IMG/VR virus record: IMGVR_UViG_3300042539_001740
Reading direction: 5' to 3' (one strand)
Length of the DNA stretch: 64,000 bases
From: a virus
Lineage: Duplodnaviria > Caudoviricetes
Under the pieces are notes generated by a model that was not told where the DNA came from, did no database searches, and was given only the letters and a program-made list of their open reading frames with translations. Below, one piece after another: positions 1 through 9,300 of this stretch; position 1 is the stretch's first letter; the number at the start of each line of letters is the position of its first letter. The position numbers were made by a program, and so were the translations under genes.

Positions 1-56
1 AGATGTCTCAATTTAGTGTAAAGTTGGGTTCTATCTGGTTCAGGAATTATAGACAT
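1..56 (-). CDS. N-terminus of a gene running off the window (MSIIPEPDRTQLYTKLRH...), probably a neck / head-tail adaptor protein (T4 gp13-like)
   Basis: ATG at 56-54, open to the window edge, with a TATTTATA box 14 nt upstream. Not in the ORF track. Function is inferred only from the resemblance of this short N-terminus to gp13-like proteins and from its position. Confidence 0.45.
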   Translation of the reverse strand, partial: MSIIPEPDRTQLYTKLRH

Positions 57-70
57 AATTAGTTTTTATA

Positions 71-78
71 TATAAATA
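71..78 (-). promoter_or_regulatory. TATTTATA box (putative late promoter)
   Basis: Context GATATTTATATATAAAAACTAATTATG on the minus strand, nearly identical to the context at 28742-28768. Confidence 0.6.
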
Positions 79-2697
79 TCAATCCAACAAATTAAGTATG
101 TCTTGTTTGAAGTTTTCGTTGTCAGACAAACTATGGATAATATCTTGTGGTATATTACCACCTAAGTTTCTTATGTTGTACTTACTCCCAAAACGATTAA
201 GTAATGATAATGTTTCTTTTGTTTTTTCATTACCAACTAAAAAATCAATATATTCTTGTTCTGAGATTATTGGGAAATATATTTTTCCAACCAATCTATT
301 TCCTTCACTTGGTGTTTTTTGGAAAACTGATTTTTTGAATCTAATCTGTTGTGACCCTTTGGTTTTTGGTGCACCTAAATTACCAGGTTCTAAAGCCAAC
401 GATTTAATTCCCTCTCTGTCAAAATAAAATAAGTCGATGTTAAAATTCTCGTTGGGAACACCGATTAATAATCCATCAATGTCAGGTAGTATGAAATCAA
501 CTAAATCCTCAGCAATATTTATATAATCGTTGTTACCCGAACTTATTAAAAAACTTAGAAGATTTTCATTTTTTGCTTGTGTAATCAACATTTGTTTGTT
601 TTCATCAGAACCATTATAATTCTCGATAAAACTTTGTATATTTCCTTTTGCTGATTTCAATACAGGACTTTCACTTAAATTTCTTACTATTTTTATAGAT
701 ATTTTTTTTCCATCTTTTGTAATCAAATCATATGGAGAATTAATGTCTTCAGAAATATCTCCATCAATTAAACCGGAAATTAAACCTTCAAAATCTAAAC
801 CTCTCGTTCTACTTCTATAAAATCTATAATAGTAGTTATTGAACCTATATTTATTTCTGTCCGAAACTGTTGATAAGTTTAAATTAAATAAAGAATCAAT
901 TGTTCTACTAAAATTTAACTTACCACGACTTATTTCAGCTGTTACAATATTATTAATTGCTTCTTTAGCCGCATTCATTTCAGTGGGAATAGGTCTTAAC
1001 TTTTGTAATTCTCTTTTAATGATACTATTAATATCTAACTGATTATTATTAATCTTAATGTCCTCGGATATTAAAAAATTCATTATTTGAGCTTGTTCTT
1101 TAGTTATTATTATTGTTGAGTTCATATTTTCAGTAATGTTAATTTTTTTTAATTTTAAAAATTGGGATTGGAATTTTTTATTTTTTGAATTAAAAACGTA
1201 AGAATATCTTTCTTTTGATTGTGTTCCACCATCCTCAATATCAACCTCATTAAAATCAAAAAATATATAGTTATTTTTATCATCAACAAATGCAAAAATT
1301 TGAATATTATTTGTATTATATACATTTTTACTTTTGAAGATATAGATAGTATTACCTTGTTTGTCCCTCGTTTCATATAAATCCGTAGTTGGTTTAACCT
1401 GAACGTATTTACTTACACCATCTTCGGTTACAAACATATCTTGTCCTTTATACTTGTCCCTTGTATCACCATCACAAAATTGTGTTATTTGTGAATTTTT
1501 GTTTTTAGTGTTGAATATTTCAATCGCAATTTTTTCCCTTTCAATACCTCTATCCAAAGTTCCTTTTTTTGTTTTTGGATTTAAAACTATATTTGCCAAA
1601 CTATTGGTAAACTTTCCCTCATCACCAAACAGAGTTTTTCCCATAATATTAAACCAAGTTTCCAAATCATAGTTTTTACTATTATATTTTTCATAAAACT
1701 CTAATATCTTATCACTAATTCGAGTGTTAGCATCAAACCAATTAACAACCGACCATTCACCAGTTCCACCCCTTTGACTTACAGCATATTTTCCACCAAT
1801 AACACCATAGTTTGTTTTACATAACTCAGTTTGGATTTTACCATAACAAGGTGATTCAATACGAGTATCAGGATTGTAATCCCTAATAATTTCAGGAGAA
1901 CATTTTGGATAAACTTTCTTCAATATTGTTTGAACAAAAATAGGATTTAGTCTTCCGTTTGGGTTTAATACCTCAACTTCTTCTTTGATTAATTTTTTAG
2001 TTTTAACTGATTCAGTTAACTTAGTTTTCTTTTTATCTGTATATAATTTATTAACAAACTCCCAATTGACAACATCCCAAAAATTTTCAATATATTCATC
2101 TCTTTTGTTTTGATATTTGAGATAATATGCGTGTTCCCATACATCAAGACCAAGAATAGGAAATCCACCCCCATCAACTATGTTCATTAGTGGATTGTCT
2201 TGGTTGGGTGTTGACATAATTTTAAGTCTGTTGTTTTTTGTCAATATTAACCAACACCAACCTGAACCAAATCTATCCTTTGCTATTTCGGTGAATTCTT
2301 TTTTGAATGTATTAATTGAACCGAAATCTTTAATAATTTTGTTTTTTATCTCAGTTGGTATTTCTTGTTTTTTTGGGGACAACATTTTCCAAAATAAAGC
2401 ATGATTAAAAGCACCACCAGCATTATTCCTTATTGTTTTATTATACTTCGAAATGGATTTAATAATGTTCTCCAATTCAACATCACCATAGTTCTTTTTA
2501 GATAAGGCTTTATTCAATTTATCAACATAACCTTTATAATGTTTGTTGTAATGTATATCCATCGTTTTTCCATCGATGAAACTACTAATTGAACGATATC
2601 CAAATGGTAATTTATCAATACCAATTTTTTTTGCTTCAGATAATATATCTTCTTTAGTTAATATTATTTCTTTAAGTAAATTTGCTGCTCTTTCCAT
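79..2697 (-). CDS. sodA: Fe/Mn superoxide dismutase (Mn-type signature) fused to two C-terminal PD-(D/E)XK-like domains
   Basis: The N-terminal ~200 aa carry all SOD motifs: TMDIHYNKH, GGAFNH, FGSGWCWL, PNQDNP and DVWEHAYY. GG..NH plus NQD is the Mn/cambialistic-type signature. About 650 aa of extra sequence follow. The likely start is ATG 2697 (MERAAN), because the ORF-track start at 2715 lies between two TATTTAT boxes. Confidence 0.85.
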   Translation of the reverse strand: MERAANLLKEIILTKEDILSEAKKIGIDKLPFGYRSISSFIDGKTMDIHYNKHYKGYVDKLNKALSKKNYGDVELENIIKSISKYNKTIRNNAGGAFNHALFWKMLSPKKQEIPTEIKNKIIKDFGSINTFKKEFTEIAKDRFGSGWCWLILTKNNRLKIMSTPNQDNPLMNIVDGGGFPILGLDVWEHAYYLKYQNKRDEYIENFWDVVNWEFVNKLYTDKKKTKLTESVKTKKLIKEEVEVLNPNGRLNPIFVQTILKKVYPKCSPEIIRDYNPDTRIESPCYGKIQTELCKTNYGVIGGKYAVSQRGGTGEWSVVNWFDANTRISDKILEFYEKYNSKNYDLETWFNIMGKTLFGDEGKFTNSLANIVLNPKTKKGTLDRGIEREKIAIEIFNTKNKNSQITQFCDGDTRDKYKGQDMFVTEDGVSKYVQVKPTTDLYETRDKQGNTIYIFKSKNVYNTNNIQIFAFVDDKNNYIFFDFNEVDIEDGGTQSKERYSYVFNSKNKKFQSQFLKLKKINITENMNSTIIITKEQAQIMNFLISEDIKINNNQLDINSIIKRELQKLRPIPTEMNAAKEAINNIVTAEISRGKLNFSRTIDSLFNLNLSTVSDRNKYRFNNYYYRFYRSRTRGLDFEGLISGLIDGDISEDINSPYDLITKDGKKISIKIVRNLSESPVLKSAKGNIQSFIENYNGSDENKQMLITQAKNENLLSFLISSGNNDYINIAEDLVDFILPDIDGLLIGVPNENFNIDLFYFDREGIKSLALEPGNLGAPKTKGSQQIRFKKSVFQKTPSEGNRLVGKIYFPIISEQEYIDFLVGNEKTKETLSLLNRFGSKYNIRNLGGNIPQDIIHSLSDNENFKQDILNLLD

Positions 2698-2701
2698 AAG
2701 A

Positions 2702-2720
2702 TATAAATATCTCATAAATA
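2702..2720 (-). promoter_or_regulatory. Tandem TATTTAT / TATTTATA boxes (putative late promoter)
   Basis: Minus-strand TATTTAT at 2720-2714 and TATTTATA at 2709-2702, the latter 4 nt before ATG 2697. Confidence 0.6.
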
Positions 2721-4487
2721 TTAACGAACAGAATTAATCTTGTTCATAATTTGCTCAATGAACTCCGCTCTATCAATATTATCACCCATAACAGTATCAA
2801 TAACATTCTTTTTATTAATCAACATATCATAGATAACACCTTCAATCGTATTATCAAATAATGGATAATAGACTGAAACACAATTCTTTTGACCATATCT
2901 ATAGGCTCTATCCTCAGCTTGTTGGTGATGTGCGGGGACAAAAGATAAGTCATTAAATACAACAGCTTCACCTGCAGTTAATGTAATACCAACTCCTGCA
3001 GCTTGTAAGTTCCCAACAAAAACTTTAACCTTATCGTTATCTTGGAATTGGTCAACAGCGTATTGTCTTTGAACCTTTGAGCAAGTTCCATCCAAATAAA
3101 CAGCTTTCTTTCCAAAGTGAGAATGAATCTTATGTAGAGTATCTGTAAAGTTTGTGAATATGATAACTTTTTTACCAAGTTCCAAAATATTTTCAACAAC
3201 CTCAATTGTATTCAATATTTTTTCTTCAGCAATTACTTGTCTAACTTTCATCAACTTATTAAACTGAACTGTTAAAGACCTCGATTCATCAGGATGTTTA
3301 TTATACCATTCGTAATACTCACCCATTAACTCTTCATACATTTTAGATTTTAATCTAAGATAGATTGGGGTAATAATCTTTTCAGGTAAATCTAGTACAT
3401 CCTCTTTTAATCTTCTTAAAACTTGTCTTGATGTCCTATCTCTTAACTCTTCCAAGTTTGACGCCCCATTCACATTCCAAACCTTTCTATTACCCGCCTT
3501 AAATTGATATCCTTGACAATAACGGATAACATAAGCCATCCAATTTTGAGCAACAGGACTTTCAATTAGATTCAATAAATTATAATAGTTGATTGGCCTT
3601 GATGTCATCGGAGTACCAGTTAATAACCAAAGATATTCAACATCCTTAACAAAACTATTAATTAATTTTGTTCTTTGAGCTTGGGGATTGGATATGTAAT
3701 GAGCTTCGTCTATAATAACCAAATCAAAGTTACCTTTTGTGATTGGGGAGTTTTCTTTGTTTTTTAAATCATAAAAATTTTTAATGATATCATAATTTAC
3801 AATAACAAAGTCGTGTTCAGTTGAGAAGTTTTTACCTTCACAAATATATACACTTCTATCTGTGTAGTTTTTAATTTCCCTTTCCCAATTTATCTTAAGG
3901 GATGCAGGACAGATAATTAAAATCTTTTTAATATCAGTTTCTAATGCTGCGATTATAGTACTAGTCGTTTTACCAAGTCCCATATCGTCAGCTAAAATAA
4001 ATCTTTTACTACCCACCAATTTTTCTATTGCGGTTTTTTGGTGTTCAAGTGGTGGTCTGTGACTATATTTTGTATAATCAATTTTAACTTCTATTGTATT
4101 ATGGGTTTTTAATAATGCTGCCTTAGGTAACCACATATCTGTTAGAGTGTCACCAGTATTAAATTTACCCCAAATATGGTATGATTTATCTTTATCAACC
4201 AATAACTTTTCAACCCAAATATCAGTTGGTACTGATAACATATTTTTTTCATCAGCAATCTTGTTTGCAAAATATGGTTCCATATTAACCCACTTCTTTG
4301 CAACCTTTGGTTCAACAGAATGATAGTTGATAATATATTCAGCTTGGGAACGAGTGGGGTAAAACTTTTTATTGGATTCCTTTAGGTATTTTAATTTTTG
4401 AATATAGTTATTTGTTCCCGAATAATTATCTAATATGTCGAGTGCTTTTAATTCAATAAGATTAGAGGTGTTACCTGATATATTCAA
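2721..4487 (-). CDS. SNF2-family (SMARCAL1/HARP-like) DNA helicase/translocase
   Basis: Motifs ILADDMGLGKT, IIDEAH, LTGTP, QAEDRAYRYGQ. TTG start. Confidence 0.9.
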   Translation of the reverse strand: MNISGNTSNLIELKALDILDNYSGTNNYIQKLKYLKESNKKFYPTRSQAEYIINYHSVEPKVAKKWVNMEPYFANKIADEKNMLSVPTDIWVEKLLVDKDKSYHIWGKFNTGDTLTDMWLPKAALLKTHNTIEVKIDYTKYSHRPPLEHQKTAIEKLVGSKRFILADDMGLGKTTSTIIAALETDIKKILIICPASLKINWEREIKNYTDRSVYICEGKNFSTEHDFVIVNYDIIKNFYDLKNKENSPITKGNFDLVIIDEAHYISNPQAQRTKLINSFVKDVEYLWLLTGTPMTSRPINYYNLLNLIESPVAQNWMAYVIRYCQGYQFKAGNRKVWNVNGASNLEELRDRTSRQVLRRLKEDVLDLPEKIITPIYLRLKSKMYEELMGEYYEWYNKHPDESRSLTVQFNKLMKVRQVIAEEKILNTIEVVENILELGKKVIIFTNFTDTLHKIHSHFGKKAVYLDGTCSKVQRQYAVDQFQDNDKVKVFVGNLQAAGVGITLTAGEAVVFNDLSFVPAHHQQAEDRAYRYGQKNCVSVYYPLFDNTIEGVIYDMLINKKNVIDTVMGDNIDRAEFIEQIMNKINSVR

Positions 4488-4523
4488 AATCGTATTTTAA
4501 CATAAAAATAGTCAATAAGTTTA

Positions 4524-4530
4524 TATTTAT
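4524..4530 (+). promoter_or_regulatory. TATTTAT box (putative late promoter)
   Basis: 4 nt upstream of ATG 4535. Confidence 0.55.
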
Positions 4531-4534
4531 CAAT

Positions 4535-5047
4535 ATGAATAATAGAGTACCAATTACTAGACTCGGTAAGTTTTTCGACCAAAACGACTATGACCTTGAT
4601 ATTAATATGGGGTCAGAATGGTTACATGGTGATATGAATTTTACATTGGTGTTATACCGAATTGATAGGATGAAAACCAAGACAGATGACGTATATGGCG
4701 AAACTTTAAAGGATGGGGTTAAATTTTTACCACCAGTAGAATTTAAAGGATTAGTTCAAATTTCAGAACCTGAAAACAAAAACTATGGAAATAGTAGAAT
4801 TAATCAAACTGAACCAGGTAATCTTAAAGTTTCTGTATACCAAAGACAATTAGATGAATTGGGTGTTGATGTTAGTTTTGGTGATTACATTGGTTACTAC
4901 GAAACTGAAGATAGAATTAGATTCTATACAGTAACAGATGATGGAAGGGTAATATCAGATAATAAACATACATATGCTGGATATAAACCATTCTATCGTA
5001 CTATAATAGCATCAGCTGTTGTTGATGATGAATTTAGAGGATTATAA
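4535..5047 (+). CDS. Probable neck / head-closure protein (gp14-like)
   Basis: 170-aa beta-rich ORF upstream of the tail completion and sheath genes. Function is positional inference. Confidence 0.5.
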   Translation: MNNRVPITRLGKFFDQNDYDLDINMGSEWLHGDMNFTLVLYRIDRMKTKTDDVYGETLKDGVKFLPPVEFKGLVQISEPENKNYGNSRINQTEPGNLKVSVYQRQLDELGVDVSFGDYIGYYETEDRIRFYTVTDDGRVISDNKHTYAGYKPFYRTIIASAVVDDEFRGL

Positions 5048-5049
5048 AA

Positions 5050-6087
5050 ATGCCACTACCTAAAAAAATAAAAAAATATTTACCATTAACCGAATCCAAG
5101 GTAGGTTTGGGGAGAAGAGAGGAATTATTAGAAAAGATAAATAAGGATGGAACTTATTTGCCTAAATCAATTTTACATGCTGATTTGGATGGTGGATTTT
5201 TAGATTTTGTAAAAGAAGAATTGAAACTTATTGTAGATGGAAAATTAATACCAACAATTGATATTTTAGTTACAACACAAAATTGGACTCAGTTTGTTGA
5301 AACTTGGGAGATACAAAATATCGATAAAAATGTTGAGCCCCCTTTTGTAACAGTTGTAAGAAAACCTGAAGTCAAATTTGGAACCAACCCATCAACACTA
5401 TATAATATTCCAAATAGAAGGTTATTTTTTTATGCTCAAGTTCCAACGTGGGATGGACAAAGGATGGGTATGGATGTTTACAAAATACCACAACCAGTTC
5501 CTGTGGATATATCTTTTGATGTAAAAATAATTTGTAATAGAATGCGTGAACTAAACCAATTTAATAAAATTATTTTGGAGAAATTTGCATCTCGTCAAGC
5601 GTATCAAGTTATTAAAGGGCATTATATTCCAATTGTAATGGGTGATATTTCGGATGAAAGTGTCTTAGATTTGAACAAAAGAAAATATTATATCCAAAGT
5701 TATAGTTTTACTATGTTAGGTTTTCTAATTGATGAAAACGAGTTTGAGGTAAGTCCTGCAGTAAGTAGAGTTTTACAAGTTACCGAAGTTGATACTCGTA
5801 CAACAAGAAGAAGAAAAAAAATGGAATCTATTGAACAATCAAATAATTTCAATTTGATTTATAATGTGGGTAACGATACATTATCTCAAACATTCAATTA
5901 CACAACTAATCTTAGTATATTAGATATTGTTAATGTCAATACCTATGATGTTTATATTAATAATGATTATTATGGAACTAATGTTTCACAAGTACAAATT
6001 AACACTAATGATATTGTAAGGATTGAAGTAGTTAGATTAAATGTCTCTGAAGTATCTTCTATGGTTTTGAGTGGCTTCTTACTTTAA
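5050..6087 (+). CDS. Probable tail terminator / completion protein (gp15-like)
   Basis: 345-aa ORF immediately before the sheath. The PVPVDISFDVKII...Y..SYSFTMLGF pattern resembles tail-terminator folds. Mostly positional inference. Confidence 0.45.
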   Translation: MPLPKKIKKYLPLTESKVGLGRREELLEKINKDGTYLPKSILHADLDGGFLDFVKEELKLIVDGKLIPTIDILVTTQNWTQFVETWEIQNIDKNVEPPFVTVVRKPEVKFGTNPSTLYNIPNRRLFFYAQVPTWDGQRMGMDVYKIPQPVPVDISFDVKIICNRMRELNQFNKIILEKFASRQAYQVIKGHYIPIVMGDISDESVLDLNKRKYYIQSYSFTMLGFLIDENEFEVSPAVSRVLQVTEVDTRTTRRRKKMESIEQSNNFNLIYNVGNDTLSQTFNYTTNLSILDIVNVNTYDVYINNDYYGTNVSQVQINTNDIVRIEVVRLNVSEVSSMVLSGFLL

Positions 6088-6248
6088 GAATCACCATATA
6101 TATCTTTTTTTTCTTTACACTTTTCAACTATCAATCTTTCCAAAAAACGATACATTTTTATACCATTCTTATCACAATATGTTTTTAATATATCGTGTAC
6201 CTCAATAGATATCTTCAAATTCTTTATTTTTTTCTCTGTTTTAGACAT
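6084..6248 (-). CDS. 54-aa ribbon-helix-helix-type DNA-binding protein (MSKTEKKIKNLKISIEVHDILKTYCDKNGIKMYRFLERLIVEKCKEKKDIYGDS)
   Basis: Translated by hand, below the ORF-track cutoff. ATG at 6248, TAA at 6086-6084. The K-N-L-K-I-S strand followed by two amphipathic helices is the Arc/CopG RHH pattern. Confidence 0.7.
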   Translation of the reverse strand: MSKTEKKIKNLKISIEVHDILKTYCDKNGIKMYRFLERLIVEKCKEKKDIYGDS

Positions 6249-6277
6249 AGTAGAAAAAAGGTAGAATTTATTCTACT
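6249..6277. promoter_or_regulatory. Candidate operator: three GTAGAA half-sites, including the inverted repeat GTAGAAT-TT-ATTCTAC
   Basis: GTAGAA at 6250 and 6261, TTCTAC at 6271, directly upstream of the RHH start codon. Confidence 0.5.
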
Positions 6278-6327
6278 CAATTTATCAATACATATAATGA
6301 AGTAAAGTTTTTTAGGGTTGATACTAA

Positions 6328-6339
6328 TATTTATTTATA
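6328..6339 (+). promoter_or_regulatory. Overlapping TATTTAT / TATTTATA boxes upstream of the tail sheath gene
   Basis: TATTTATTTATA at 6328-6339. Confidence 0.6.
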
Positions 6340-6365
6340 AAATAAATTATTAAACATCCTTATCA

Positions 6366-9300
6366 ATGTCAAACAGTAAAGTTTTCGTATCTCCTGGTGT
6401 CTATACTTCTGAGGTCGATTTAAGTTTTGTGTCACAAAGTGTGGGCGTAACAACTCTTGGTATTGTTGGTGAAACCTTGAAAGGTCCAGCCTTCGAACCT
6501 ATTTTTATTACAAACTTTGACGAATTCACAACGTATTTCGGTGGTACTTCCCCTGAGAAATTTATAAACACTCAAATACCAAAGTATGAAGCCGCTTATG
6601 TAGCCAAAGCATACTTACAACAATCTAACCAATTATTCGTAACAAGAATTCTTGGGTTATCAGGTTATGATGCAGGACCTTCTTGGTCTATATCTACGGT
6701 TGCTAATGTTGACCAATCAACTGTTGGGTTTGATTGTTCAAGTGCTTCAACTGTAAGTTGTATTACACAATGTGTTGAATTTAAAGTTAGTAGTTATACA
6801 ATCAATTTTACTGGTTGTACAAATAGTATTAACTCTATTTCATACACAACATCAATACCGGCACTTCTATCGGGTGACTTATATAGTACATATGAGTTAT
6901 TTAATGGGTCAACCTCAACGATTGATTCTGATATAAAAAATCAGTTATTCAATATTTTAAACACCCCATCAACATCAGCAACATCAATAAACTATTTTGG
7001 TACAGTATCAGGTGGAACTATTGATACATTATTATCAGGGTACACTTCTCAAAATAATGTGTTTGGTGTTGATAACATTAGTTCGGATTTGGCCGACTAT
7101 ACTGCAGCCGTTAATGATACTTGGTATTATGCAACTTTTGATAATATTGGAAATGGTCAATATTCGGGTTATTCTTTTTACGATTATGTTAATAGTTTAA
7201 CACTAACATCATCGTTATCAAATTGTGCATCATTTTATAGTTACTCAGTAAGTTCTCCAACTATCACTACAGTTACAGGTGCAATCAATTACAATACAAA
7301 TGTAATTAATGTTTGTCTTCCATCCACAGCAACTACAGCTGACGTAACTGCAATGACTATTAATTTCAGTGCTTGTACTAACCCAGCATTAAGTGGTATA
7401 ACAAGTGGTGGTGTGGTACAATCGGCAACAACAGTTGGTTATAATTTTAGTTCTTTGACTAAATCATATACAATAGTATCTGACGATTTGACAGCAACTT
7501 CAGCTTGGACTGTTAATTTACTTTTCACAGACCCATGTGGTGTTTGTACAACAGGTAATACAGGAACAATTCAAACAGGTACAATCACTAATTGTTATAG
7601 TGGTAGTATAACTGGTAACATATACATTTATAGTGGTACAGCATATACAGATTATGATGACTTGGTAATAGCAACACTACGTTCAAGAGGTATTGCAACT
7701 TATGGTACAGATAATGGTGCCGTATATGAGGTCAGTGGATTAACTGACGTTAGTATGGATTGTACTGGCACATATTCAGCGGTTACTAAAAATCCATATT
7801 CAACATTTGCACTTAATGTTACTAATAAAGATGGTGATAACTTTACTTTCGAAACATCATTTACTAATTCAGACCCTAAGTATATTGCTAAAGTATTCGG
7901 TTCAAGTAACTTTGCAAAACCAAGAGCAACAACACCATTGTTTGTAGAAGAAAGGTTCCAATCATTATTAAACTATGGTTATAGAAAAGGTTACATTAGA
8001 GGTTTGAATTGTGACTTGATTGCATTACCAAATGCAAGACAAGAGGTAGACGCAACTTCAATAGCTTTCTACTTAGAAAGATACCAATCACCAGTTTCTC
8101 CATGGGTTGTTTCTGAACTTAGAGGTAACAAAGTATTTAATCTATTCAGATTTACAACGATAGCTGATGGGGATGCTGCAAATACAGAAGTAAAAATTTC
8201 TATGGCAAATATGTCATTCAATAATGGTACTTTTGATGTTCAAATTAGAGATTTCTTTGATAGTGATTCAAATCCTGTTGTATTAGAGAAATTTACAAAT
8301 TGTTCAATGAATCCTAATGAAAATAATTTCATAGCTAAAAAAATTGGAACTAAAGATGGTGAATATGCTTTGAACTCCAAATTTGTAATGTTAGAGATTA
8401 ATGAAGATGCACCAATCGATGCTTTACCTTGTGGTTTCGTTGGTTACAATATGAGAGAATATGCTGGTGCAAAATCACCATTCCCAATTTACAAAACTAA
8501 ATATGATTTCCCTGGTGAAGTTGTATACAATCCACCTTTCGGGTTAGCTTCAGGTGCTGATGATGCTTTAAGAAGTGCTGGTGACAATGTTAGAAGAACA
8601 TATTTAGGTATTTCTGATACAGTTGGTTACGATGTTGATTTCTTCACTTACAAAGGAAAACGTTTACCAGGTTCAAGTATCTGTGATGCAACTACTGGGG
8701 CTGATTGGTCTTATAGAACAAAAGGTTTCCATATGGATAAAGACGCTTCAGGTATTACTATTGCTAACTCGTTTACTACAAGTGGTACTGCTGAGTTTTA
8801 TGTTGGTAGTGGTACATTCACAAGTGACCCTAGTGATGAAACAAATCCTTACTACAGAATATTTGCACGTAAATTTAGTTTCTTGTGCTCAGGTGGTTTC
8901 GATGGTTGGGACATCTACAGAGAACGTAGAACTAATGCCGATAACTTTATTTTGGGTAGAAGTGGTTATTTAAGAGGTGCATGTCCATCGTTCAGATATC
9001 CAACAGCAACAGGATGGGGTGCATTCAAAACAATAACAGTTGGGAATACAACTCAAGATTATGCTAATACTGACTATTACGCTTACTTGTTAGGTCAACA
9101 AACATTCCAAAATCCTGAAGCGGTTAATATAAATGTATTCGTAACAACAGGTATTGATTATGTAAACAATAGTAACCTTGTAGAAGCAGCAATAGAAATG
9201 ATAGAATTTGATAGAGCTGACTCAATTTACATCACAACAACACCTGACTACAATATGTTAGTACCAACAACGGGTGAACAAACTGATGTTATTTATCCAC

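Noticed and set aside
71-78. Reading TATAAATA on the + strand as a literal T4 late promoter
   Set aside because: It would drive antisense transcription. Across both strands the motif is oriented as TATTTAT relative to the downstream gene.
4490-4516. TTGACT...TG-T-TAAAAT upstream of the SNF2 helicase (minus strand) as a sigma70 promoter
   Set aside because: The -35/-10 spacing is only 10 nt and the region is very AT-rich, so it is too ambiguous to call.
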